Part shown: one piece after another, positions 9,193 to 18,082 of the stretch
How positions within the stretch are numbered: position 1 is the stretch's first letter
Layout: the number at the start of each line of letters is the position of its first letter
Assembly: GCA_049964795.1 (NCBI GenBank)
Contig: JBMFWY010000005.1
Location: 1-49,048 of the forward strand
DNA length: 49,048 bases
Direction: 5' to 3'
From: Candidatus Micrarchaeia archaeon
GTDB taxonomy: Archaea; Micrarchaeota; Micrarchaeia; Micrarchaeales; Micrarchaeaceae
Notes under the pieces: generated by a model
Told to the model about the DNA's origin: nothing
Databases searched by the model: none
The model's input: only the letters and a program-made list of their open reading frames with translations
Program-made: the position numbers and the translations under genes

Positions 9193-10266
9193 TTATATAA
9201 ATAGCTTTGTAATCTTCCCTGTCAACGACTGGTAAGCCTCGCAGGAAGTCCATTGTATCGGTTCCTTTCCCTCCTCTATCGCTTTCCTTACCTCTTTCGC
9301 CTCGTCACTGTTCCATATCTTCGACAGGTCAAATCCTATTTCCCTCAAGTTGCCTATCTTTTTGTTCCACATTATCGAAGGGAAGACATTGCCTATGTTA
9401 TCCACGAAAACCGAAGCTTCGAGGCTCCTGCTCCTGAGCGGCGGCTTGCCCGTTTTTGCAAACATTACAAGGTTTTTCAAGAATGCATTTTCCACCATCT
9501 GTGCCGGGTCCACGCTGAACTCCCTTTTTTTGACAAATTGCTCGAGTTCCTCTGCAGCATTCTCTCCAACAATTTTGTAGTCATTCTTTCCCTCGTTGTG
9601 GTAGTAGTTGTCGGATTCTTGGGCTAAGTTTATATGAAAATCATTGAAGGTTATGTCAGGCAGCTCCTCCTTCACTTTGCTGAAAGTTTCCATAAGCTTT
9701 CCGGCATTGTAGGAGCTCATGGTATATCCAAAAACGAAGCTAAGCCTGCCGTCCTCTTTCCTGATCTCGTCGAGCTTCTTGTAGAGGGATATTACCTTGT
9801 CGAAATTTCCCGGCACTCCTCTTATCTTATCGTGAAGCTCCCTATAGCCGTCGAGGCTCAAGGTTATTACGAGTCGTGGTATCTTCAATCCAAGAATCTC
9901 CTTCACCCTTTTTGCTATAACCTCTTGGTTGGTGAGCGAGTTGGTTGGTATTGTCACTACATACAAATCCTTCGAGTTTTCCTTGAATGCCTTGATTATT
10001 TCCACAATGTCGCTCCTCAGAAAAGGCTCTCCTCCTGTTATCTCTATCCATTTGAAGTAGTTGTTCTTCTTAGCAAATTCACTTATCTCATCAAGGCTAA
10101 GCTCGCCTACGGGCTTTAATTGCCAAATATTGCACGTCAAGCATCGCGACTGGCAGTGCATTGTTATAGCAAAGTTAAGCTTGTATGGCTTGTCCAATTT
10201 TGAAAAATTGCTTTTCAGCGCCGTATACGACAATGAAAGCAACTTTTTAATCGCCAGAAAACTCAC
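9193..10266 (-). CDS. Radical SAM protein with degenerate SPASM/twitch-like C-terminus
   Basis: CQSRCLTC, ITGGEPFLRSD, SLDG...HDKIRG; C-terminal GNVFPS and IGNL nearly devoid of Cys. Confidence 0.9.
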   Translation of the reverse strand: MSFLAIKKLLSLSYTALKSNFSKLDKPYKLNFAITMHCQSRCLTCNIWQLKPVGELSLDEISEFAKKNNYFKWIEITGGEPFLRSDIVEIIKAFKENSKDLYVVTIPTNSLTNQEVIAKRVKEILGLKIPRLVITLSLDGYRELHDKIRGVPGNFDKVISLYKKLDEIRKEDGRLSFVFGYTMSSYNAGKLMETFSKVKEELPDITFNDFHINLAQESDNYYHNEGKNDYKIVGENAAEELEQFVKKREFSVDPAQMVENAFLKNLVMFAKTGKPPLRSRSLEASVFVDNIGNVFPSIMWNKKIGNLREIGFDLSKIWNSDEAKEVRKAIEEGKEPIQWTSCEAYQSLTGKITKLFI

Positions 10267-10565
10267 CTGCCTCTACTTAATAATACTTATATTCTGTTTT
10301 CAATAATATTTATACCTTATTGTCTGCAAATAGACTGCCAAAAGTCGGATGCACCCTAGGCTTTTACAGCTTTTGAAATAGCAGGGTTTAGGTTTTACGA
10401 GACAATATCCTATTCTATTAATAATCTATCCAACGGTCGCTGCGAAGTTAAGTTATAAATAATGATATTAATAAGGAACATAAATAAGCATTATAAATAT
10501 TAAATTAAAATTATTTACAGGTTTTGAAGCCTGTATTAATCTCTCAGTCAAAAAATGTGAGGGCG

Positions 10566-11414
10566 ATGAGAAGAATTGGAATAGCAACGCTATTTTTGCT
10601 GCTTGTCGCAATCGTTGCGGCAAATTATTCAGCGGCTTCCGGAGTTCTTACACTCACAGGTACATGCAAGAGCCCAATTTTGACTGCTTCTAACAATACT
10701 ATCTACTTTTATCTCTCAAGCGTGGGAAACGCTTCTGCCTCAAATTTGCAAGTTATACCAAGGTTCCAAGGCGCCAGTGTATCCCCTTATGAAGAAAGTC
10801 TGAATTCACTAAGACCAGGAGAAAATGCCTCATTCTCTTTCAATGTGTCAAATTTCACCGAGCCCGGAAGCTACGTAGGGGAATTGATCTTGGAATATAT
10901 ACAAGGCGGCTCTACATTTTTCACCATGTTTCCCTGCCAATACGACATAGGCAAGCAGACGCAAAGCCTTGTTAGCATACTCAATATTACAGCTACTCAA
11001 AGCAGCGTAAAATCCACGTTAATCAGTCTCGGAAACCAGCCTGTCAATGTGAGTATATACATGCTATACCCTCCGCTATTCCAGACAACCCCTGTATTTG
11101 AAAACACCACATTAGAGCCACTATCAAAGTACAACGTAGAATTCCAGCTATCCTCTATGCCTTCATTGCTTAATGGGTCAACTGTTCCATTAGGCTTGGT
11201 TGTCTCCTACACAAAGGGTGGCGAACATTATACCTCTTTAGGCGCCACTTTGCTGCAGGTCAAGACATCATCGAAGCCCCACATGCCTTTAGTATACATA
11301 TTTATAGGTATTTTCGTAGCAATAATAGCAATAATTTTGGCGTTAATACTGGTTGCGTTTTCAAAGAGCAAAAAAGCGAAGCCTAAAAACTCCAAGAATC
11401 GAGATGAAGCATGA
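10566..11414 (+). CDS. Secreted, C-terminally anchored beta-rich (Ig/CARDB-like) surface protein
   Basis: Signal peptide, many NxS/T sequons, C-terminal TM followed by a Lys-rich tail. Confidence 0.65.
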   Translation: MRRIGIATLFLLLVAIVAANYSAASGVLTLTGTCKSPILTASNNTIYFYLSSVGNASASNLQVIPRFQGASVSPYEESLNSLRPGENASFSFNVSNFTEPGSYVGELILEYIQGGSTFFTMFPCQYDIGKQTQSLVSILNITATQSSVKSTLISLGNQPVNVSIYMLYPPLFQTTPVFENTTLEPLSKYNVEFQLSSMPSLLNGSTVPLGLVVSYTKGGEHYTSLGATLLQVKTSSKPHMPLVYIFIGIFVAIIAIILALILVAFSKSKKAKPKNSKNRDEA

Positions 11415-11554
11415 GCAGAGCCTTACTTAGAAGCAAGAATGCGCTTGTTGGCTCTTTTTCGCAAGTCTTTTCGAAGCTACAACGTTCTTTGAAAATTTCA
11501 ACTTAATTATTGCGATTCCCAACCTCTGAGCATTGCCTTTGCATGTGATGCCCT

Positions 11555-12226
11555 ATGTCTAAAAAAGTTTATGTAAGTATAGTAATTCCCACCCTAAACG
11601 AAGAGGGCGGCATAGGGCAGACTATAGAAGGCATAAAAAAGATAATGAAAGGCTATAGCTACGAGATAATGGTTGTAGATTCATCAACAGACAAAACCCC
11701 CCAAATAGCAAAGTCACACGGCGCAAGAGTGCTGCGCTACAAAGGCGGCAAGGGCGCCGCGCTGATATACGGATTCGAAAACGCGAAAGGCGAGATAATC
11801 ATTTCAATGGATGCAGATCTTTCAAACAGGCCAAAGGAGCTCAAGCTGCTGATTGCCGGCATAGAAGCAGGATATGACATGTGCACAGGATCGCGCTTCC
11901 TTGTGGGGGGCGGCTCGGAAGACATGCCTTTGATACGGAAGCTTGGCAACAAGTTTTTCGTAAGCCTGGTCAACCTGCTGTTCGGCTCGCATTACTCTGA
12001 CATGTGCTATGGCTACAGAAGCTTCACCCACCAAGCTTTGAAAAAGCTTAAATTGCAGGAGAAAGGCTTTGGGATAGAGACCGAAATGAATATTAAAGCA
12101 CAAAAGGCGCGGCTGCGCGTTTTGGAAGTGCCCAGTTTTGAAAAGAGAAGAAAAGGCGGTGCAGGAAAGCTAAAAACTTTTCGCGATGGTTACGTGATAC
12201 TCTCCACCATACTAAGGAATATCTAA
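11555..12226 (+). CDS. GT2 glycosyltransferase, DPM1/polyprenol-phosphate glycosyltransferase-like
   Basis: VSIVIPTLNEE, STDKT, GKGAAL, MDAD, GSRF, FGIETE. Confidence 0.92.
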   Translation: MSKKVYVSIVIPTLNEEGGIGQTIEGIKKIMKGYSYEIMVVDSSTDKTPQIAKSHGARVLRYKGGKGAALIYGFENAKGEIIISMDADLSNRPKELKLLIAGIEAGYDMCTGSRFLVGGGSEDMPLIRKLGNKFFVSLVNLLFGSHYSDMCYGYRSFTHQALKKLKLQEKGFGIETEMNIKAQKARLRVLEVPSFEKRRKGGAGKLKTFRDGYVILSTILRNI

Positions 12227-12256
12227 GCTTTTCAGGGTTTAGGATAACTGTTTTTT

Positions 12257-12745
12257 CTAGCTGCCAGGGTTTGCAACTGCGCTTATGTTGCGTATGTAAT
12301 AGAAGCCGAAAAGCTGCCCCTGTTGCTGAAAAGTTCTGTTAATTATCGGTATGTAGTTGCTGTTGTTTATTGGCGGGCAACCGCTCGGAGTGTGGCACCA
12401 ATAGCCATAATCTAGGACGAAGCATTTGTACCTGCTGGAGAAATTTTGCACCATTGCCTGCGAGTACAAGTAATTCATCTGTGCGGCTGTCCTGTTGTTT
12501 ATATTGAAAAGGGTTGGGTCGTAAGTGAGAACCAGGCATGAAGGGTTGATCACGTTGCTGTAATTATATACAAATCCCTCATAGAACCTTGCGTTTGCCG
12601 CTTGCGAAATGTTTCCCGGAGCTATGGAAAGCAGCGGCAGCAGCTCGAAAATGGAATAAGCTATCGCCGCGATAACAATGGCTGCTGCTATCGCCGTGTA
12701 TGCCTCCACTTTTATATTATTATTGCTTGTCTTTTTCCCTTTCAT
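12257..12745 (-). CDS. Probable C-terminal part (last TM plus extracellular domain) of the upstream GT-C glycosyltransferase
   Basis: Overlaps the end of 12720-14126 in the +1 frame; ATG at 12745 preceded by GGAGAG; one TM then a sequon-rich domain. Confidence 0.55.
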   Translation of the reverse strand: MKGKKTSNNNIKVEAYTAIAAAIVIAAIAYSIFELLPLLSIAPGNISQAANARFYEGFVYNYSNVINPSCLVLTYDPTLFNINNRTAAQMNYLYSQAMVQNFSSRYKCFVLDYGYWCHTPSGCPPINNSNYIPIINRTFQQQGQLFGFYYIRNISAVANPGS

Positions 12746-14126
12746 TTTCTCTCCCTGTGCTGTTTGGTCTTTTCGTTTTGCGGTTTGCAGTAGCACGGTT
12801 TTCGATGTTTGCACTGCTGCGAAAACGAAATAGTTTGTAAGATTCTACAATCATGTAGGCTCCGTAGCCGCCGAATATATTTACCTGTGCGATCATTCCA
12901 AGCACGAATCTCCAGTCAACCCCATAAGTAAACGAGCCTGCATAAAAAAATGTGAGAAGCAGGAAGATTGTTGCAAGCCAGCCGCCTATTGCGTAGAACA
13001 CCCTTCTCTCCCAAAAAGCGGCGCCTGCAATACCTATAATTGCAAGTATTGTGAAAAGAGCCGGCTGCATGATAGGATATCCTCCAATGCTCTTGTATTT
13101 GTCGAACCAGAAGTACACGTTGGAGCAAATATTGTAGTCAAAATACTTTATCCCGAAAGTCGAATCGGCGCGCAAAAATGGGGGGTTAGGATTGGTGCTG
13201 CAGCTGTCCTGTACGTATGCCCCGCTGTAGCCGAAGTTGTTCGGGGAAATATATTGCTGTACTACATAGCCCCCTTCTATGCCTATTATCAGAAGTACCG
13301 CAAGCAGCACCAGCAGGAACCTCACATTGAATATGTTGCCCAAAAACAGGCGCACGTTTCTAGATACTGATTTTGCAACGCTTTCGCTGCCAACCTTATC
13401 AAGTAGCAGATATAGCACGGGAAGCAGCAGGACGAAAATTATATTGTCTACTTTCATGTATGTGAGAAGCGCTGCTGCAAAAGCGAAAAATGCAAACGTC
13501 CTGACTTTTTTCTCCCTTGCAAATATAATCATTGCGAATATTGCTATTAGCGAATAAGTCAGCGAAGGCATATCAGAGGTGGTGAGGCGCGCCCACACGA
13601 GCATTACCGGGCTTAGCGCCATAAGCAACTCTGAAAAAAGTGCAGGAATGGGATTCCTGAACAAAAGCAGTGCTACAAAAAATATCATAAGGACTGCAAG
13701 CGAAGATATCACAAACATTGTGTTGAATGCAGTGCCTAGCGTTATCCCAAAAAGAGCAAATCCCATAGCAAGATTGAATGCTGTGCCAATGGGCTCATGG
13801 AAGACCTGACCAAGGTAGCAAGTGTTTGGTGTGCCATAGTTGCACATCCAAGCTTGCCCCATCCTCAAGAGATCTTGAGCCCCTCCCTGGTATATCGCGT
13901 CGTCAAAGAAAAGCTGCTGCGTTGGCTTTACTACTAACGCCTCAACGCCAATAAACAGCGCAAGTACTATAATAGCAGCTAGTATGTGCCATTTTTTTAT
14001 TCCTGCGCTTTTTAACTGCTTGAGTATCTCATGCCTTGATTTTATACCAAAGAAAATCGTGCCGACAAAAGCGGCTATTATGCCAAGCGTCAAAGCATAC
14101 TCTTCAGCTCCAGCCCCAAGCAGCAT
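12720..14126 (-). CDS. GT-C fold (ArnT/PMT-like) membrane glycosyltransferase, possibly frameshifted
   Basis: Multi-TM, FFDDAIY loop, HEPIG, TSDMPS, DWRF; ends in a hydrophilic tail overlapping the next ORF. Confidence 0.75.
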   Translation of the reverse strand: MLLGAGAEEYALTLGIIAAFVGTIFFGIKSRHEILKQLKSAGIKKWHILAAIIVLALFIGVEALVVKPTQQLFFDDAIYQGGAQDLLRMGQAWMCNYGTPNTCYLGQVFHEPIGTAFNLAMGFALFGITLGTAFNTMFVISSLAVLMIFFVALLLFRNPIPALFSELLMALSPVMLVWARLTTSDMPSLTYSLIAIFAMIIFAREKKVRTFAFFAFAAALLTYMKVDNIIFVLLLPVLYLLLDKVGSESVAKSVSRNVRLFLGNIFNVRFLLVLLAVLLIIGIEGGYVVQQYISPNNFGYSGAYVQDSCSTNPNPPFLRADSTFGIKYFDYNICSNVYFWFDKYKSIGGYPIMQPALFTILAIIGIAGAAFWERRVFYAIGGWLATIFLLLTFFYAGSFTYGVDWRFVLGMIAQVNIFGGYGAYMIVESYKLFRFRSSANIENRATANRKTKRPNSTGRENEREKDKQ

Positions 14127-15841
14127 TAAACTCCCTCCTTATTTTCTACGAAAATGCCATTTATAAACATGTACCTAGTTTTTGTCAATTTCATCGTCCT
14201 GAGAGCATCATGCGGGCTCATTACTATCGGTTCGCCATGTATGTTGAAACTTGTATTGAGCATTATACCATAGCCTGTTCCCTTCTTTATGTGCTTTAGC
14301 AAGTCCCTGTATGCGGGATTTTCATCTCCTACTGCTTGTGGCCTGCCAGTACCGTCTACATGCACTACCGCCTTCAGCAGGTCTTTTACTTCCTGCTTCG
14401 ATTTATATGCCATTGTCATGTAGCGGGGCACGCCTTTGCTGTCATACTCAAATATCCTTTGGCAATCCTCTTCAAGGAGGGAAGGCGCAAAAGGCTGGAA
14501 CCATTCTCTTTTTTTTACGTAAAGGTTAAGCCTATCCTTTACATCTTCATTGCCGCTTGGCGCCAGTATGCTTCTGTTGCCCAACGCGCGCGGTCCGTAT
14601 TCCATCCTCCCTTGGAACCAGAAAAGGTAGTTGTTGTCTTCTATAAGCTCTGCCGCGTGTTTTGCGGATTCGGAAACTCCTTCGCTTTGCATTTCTAAGC
14701 CATGTTCTTGCCTAAATGCCTCTTTTGTCTCGTCTTCGCTATATTCATTTCCTAAATAAGCGTTGAAATCATCGTAGCTTGAGATGCCTTTCTCCTTATA
14801 ATTTGTGTAAAGGGCTCCGCCAAGCGCCATACCTCCATCTCCCATGTGCGGGAAGACGTACCAATGCTTCAGCCCGTCGAGCTTCCTTAGCATCATGTTT
14901 GCCTTGACGTTGGAGAATATGCCTCCGGCGAAAACCACATCATGTATGCCGAATTCGTCAATCGCATTCTGCACGAATTCGGTAAGCACTTTTTCGAGCA
15001 GCTGCTGTGCCATATATGCTACTTGCTCCCTTGGCGTTTGCCATGCTATCCTGTCTATCATGTCAAATTGCCTGAACCAGCCATATTTCGCCTTTATGCT
15101 TGTGCCTTGGACTGTAAAGAAATCCTTGAATTTGTTGTCCTTGAACTCAAATGGATAGGAGTAGTCTGCCATTGCCATGATCTTTCCTTCGTCTTCAAGT
15201 TCGCGCATCCCTAATATGTTTGTTACCTGCTCGTAAAATATCCCTATTGAGTTTGCAGCACTTACTGTCTTGTGCCTGATCAGCTTGCCATTCTCCAAAG
15301 TGCTTATGCTTGCGCATATTCCGTCTCCCAGTCCATCTACTGTAATTACAAGCGATTTTCCATAGCCCGAAGTGAAAGCTGCCGTAGCGGCATGTGCAAC
15401 ATGGTGTTCAACAACATCAAATCTATAATTTTTGAATCCTAACCTGCGAAGCTCCCTCGCGATTTGCATCTTGCTTAGAAACGCACCTCCTGGCAGCACG
15501 CCAAATGAGGTCATAAGGTATTTAACTCTATGGCTGTGCCTTATGTCCCACGGCCTTGGCTTCAATATTTTTCTTCTCCTGAACTGGTAATAATTCTCCT
15601 TTATTGTTGGAAATATCCTGTCCAGCGTCTTTATGAATTCTGTAGTGGTAAAAGAAACAATCTCGACGTCTTCGGGCTTTATTTGTGCATAAGCCAAAGC
15701 CGCCTTTATCGAGTTTACTGGGAACATGAGCTCAGTCTTCCTCCTAGTAAACCTCTCTTCGCTCGCAGCGTAAATTATCTCTCCATCGCGTATGAGCGCA
15801 GCTCCGGACTCATGCCCGTCCCAAATTCCTAGTATGTACAT
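14126..15841 (-). CDS. NodU/CmcH/TobZ-family O-carbamoyltransferase
   Basis: GHESGAAL, HHVAHAA, DGLGD, EGKIMAMA, WFQGRMEYGPRALGNRSIL, VHVDGTGRPQ, LNTSFN. Confidence 0.95.
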   Translation of the reverse strand: MYILGIWDGHESGAALIRDGEIIYAASEERFTRRKTELMFPVNSIKAALAYAQIKPEDVEIVSFTTTEFIKTLDRIFPTIKENYYQFRRRKILKPRPWDIRHSHRVKYLMTSFGVLPGGAFLSKMQIARELRRLGFKNYRFDVVEHHVAHAATAAFTSGYGKSLVITVDGLGDGICASISTLENGKLIRHKTVSAANSIGIFYEQVTNILGMRELEDEGKIMAMADYSYPFEFKDNKFKDFFTVQGTSIKAKYGWFRQFDMIDRIAWQTPREQVAYMAQQLLEKVLTEFVQNAIDEFGIHDVVFAGGIFSNVKANMMLRKLDGLKHWYVFPHMGDGGMALGGALYTNYKEKGISSYDDFNAYLGNEYSEDETKEAFRQEHGLEMQSEGVSESAKHAAELIEDNNYLFWFQGRMEYGPRALGNRSILAPSGNEDVKDRLNLYVKKREWFQPFAPSLLEEDCQRIFEYDSKGVPRYMTMAYKSKQEVKDLLKAVVHVDGTGRPQAVGDENPAYRDLLKHIKKGTGYGIMLNTSFNIHGEPIVMSPHDALRTMKLTKTRYMFINGIFVENKEGV

Positions 15842-15996
15842 TCAACCTCCTAAGCAAACAAGCAAATAAAGATTTGTTTATTGATTATTGTGAAAGCTAA
15901 AATAAATTATAAGCTTTGCCTGCTAATAGAGCTTTGCCCGCATAAAATATAAAAGTTATTACTTGCCACCAAAATAGACAATTTCCAAATGATACT

Positions 15997-17985
15997 ATGA
16001 AGGATTTAATGAAAGGGATAGACAGCAGGAGCGCCTTTTTTATAGCCCTCTCACTGATTTTTTTCATCAATATTTCGGAATTCGTAGAATTTGGGGAAAT
16101 CTCCAACGGGGTACTGGCAGCGGAAGGTGTATCTTTTGCCCTATATATTGGAACAATGCTTTTTGCGCTGCATATCTCGCGCTCCAAAGCCGAGGCCGAG
16201 CATGAGTCTAACAGCTTTCACACAATTTCGCACAACAGAGCCAGCATAAACTTCAATAAGCTGCTTTGGTCCTCTGTAGCGGTAATGCTTGCGCTGGTTT
16301 TGTATAACGCCTATACCGTTGCCACTTTTGGTTATCCCCTTTCCGCGATAATAAGCCTGAGTTTGGAATATACTGTAAATTTTGTACTTATTCTGTTCTC
16401 CCTCTCCCTTGTGGCAGTAGCATCAAGTATTTATGGGTATAAAAGTTTCTTGAAAAGAAATCAATTTGCTCTACTGCTCCTTTCAATCGCAATTTTTGCA
16501 ATCCTAGCGTTTTACCTTTCCGGGGCAATAAAGTACCTGATGAACGATGAAACTTATATCGGAATTCAAGGGGCAAAAATGCTGGTTTCTGGAGCAAATC
16601 CCTATATGTATAATGTAGCAGTGCAGCTTTACAACTCATTTGAAAGCAACGTAGTTACAAGTCCTACAATAACAAGCAGCGGGGCGGTAGTAGGCACACT
16701 GGGTTACCCTATTCTTTACGCCGTTACTCTCCTGCCTTTCTACTATGCCCAAGGCTCAATGTCCTTCGCATCATTCGAAACGATCCCTGCGGAAATTGGT
16801 ATATTCCTCTCGTTTTTTCTGCTCCTATCATTTTTTGCCATGGATTTTGAGAAAAAGCGCACCATGGTTTACGGAGTGATCCTAATAATGCCGTTTTTCT
16901 TGCTCACTCTAACTTTCCCTAGCAGCATACTTTTGCTGGTACTTCTTGCCTTATCCTTGTGGAAAATAAACAGCAGATATGTAGGCATAGCGCTCGGCTT
17001 TGCCGCTTCGTTGCAGCAAATATCATGGGTGCCTATTCTCCTTACGCTCGTTTACATTTTTATCTCGCAAGGTAAGCGGCGCGGATTGCTGGCGCTATCG
17101 TTAACAGCGCTTGTTTTCCTACTGTTAAATGGGTATTTTATTGCCGCAAACGCAGCGGCATTCGTGCATGCGGTTTTCCTGCCGATAAGTAGCAGCTTGC
17201 TGCCAGGGTCGTACGGCATATTTGGTTTTGCCGCGCTGCTTGCAGGAATAAGACAAGGCGCCGTTTCACATCTTTACTATATTGCCCTTGCATTCTCGGT
17301 ATTTGCAATGTTAGTGCTAAAAAGAAAAGAAGCCATTGCGCCTCTTTCTATGCTACCTTTTGCATTTATGAACCACGGCGTCACATTCTATTATACGCTG
17401 TTTATAACCCTTGCAATCGTCTCATTAGCGCTTAAGGACGAAAGCCCTGCTTCAAAAGCTTGGGCCACATTTTCGCGCAACAGAAAGCACGCTACAATTA
17501 AAAACTCCCTGCTTCTTGGTCTAGACAAGAGCACATTAATTTTCATCGCAGTTTTCGTGCTGATGGTATTGGCGACTTTTGCATACCTATCAACGCAAAG
17601 GCAAGTGCCCTACCTCAATTTTTCAAATGTATCAATAAGTACAATAAATGGTTCAAATTACTATAGCGCATATATTGCCGCTAAAGAAGGCTCTTTCAAT
17701 GATTATCACACTATACTTTTCGGAATGCATAAAGGCGAAGATGTTGTCCTGCTTTTCGGGGTTTTTGGCCAAAATATACTACTTGTAAACGGCACTTCTT
17801 CACTCCAAAGAAATTACACCTTCTCTGTATTCGATGTAAATCCAAATGTGCTATATCTTCAAAACTCCTCGAAAGCAAAAATAGATATCTTTTCAGGCAA
17901 TTCTACCATTTCGAGATGTGTAATATACAATTCTACCTCTTTTATACTGTGCCCAATCGCAAAGGTGCAGCAGGGCGTGTCTTAA
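15997..17985 (+). CDS. Polytopic membrane protein, GT87/GT-C-like glycosyltransferase
   Basis: More than 12 TM, loop NDE...GANPY...GYP, sequon-rich C-terminal domain. Confidence 0.6.
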   Translation: MKDLMKGIDSRSAFFIALSLIFFINISEFVEFGEISNGVLAAEGVSFALYIGTMLFALHISRSKAEAEHESNSFHTISHNRASINFNKLLWSSVAVMLALVLYNAYTVATFGYPLSAIISLSLEYTVNFVLILFSLSLVAVASSIYGYKSFLKRNQFALLLLSIAIFAILAFYLSGAIKYLMNDETYIGIQGAKMLVSGANPYMYNVAVQLYNSFESNVVTSPTITSSGAVVGTLGYPILYAVTLLPFYYAQGSMSFASFETIPAEIGIFLSFFLLLSFFAMDFEKKRTMVYGVILIMPFFLLTLTFPSSILLLVLLALSLWKINSRYVGIALGFAASLQQISWVPILLTLVYIFISQGKRRGLLALSLTALVFLLLNGYFIAANAAAFVHAVFLPISSSLLPGSYGIFGFAALLAGIRQGAVSHLYYIALAFSVFAMLVLKRKEAIAPLSMLPFAFMNHGVTFYYTLFITLAIVSLALKDESPASKAWATFSRNRKHATIKNSLLLGLDKSTLIFIAVFVLMVLATFAYLSTQRQVPYLNFSNVSISTINGSNYYSAYIAAKEGSFNDYHTILFGMHKGEDVVLLFGVFGQNILLVNGTSSLQRNYTFSVFDVNPNVLYLQNSSKAKIDIFSGNSTISRCVIYNSTSFILCPIAKVQQGVS

Positions 17986-18082
17986 TACGTAGGCGTGTCG
18001 CGTCAAAATCTATCCAGCAGAAAGCAAGTGAAGTTCAAACGGAGTGAATAAAAGAAAGAGAAAAAAACTGCGGCACAGCAAG

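Noticed and set aside
11411-11506. 31-codon ORF (MSRALLRSK...) overlapping the upstream stop as ATGA
   Set aside because: Too short and no recognisable features; cannot be distinguished from chance
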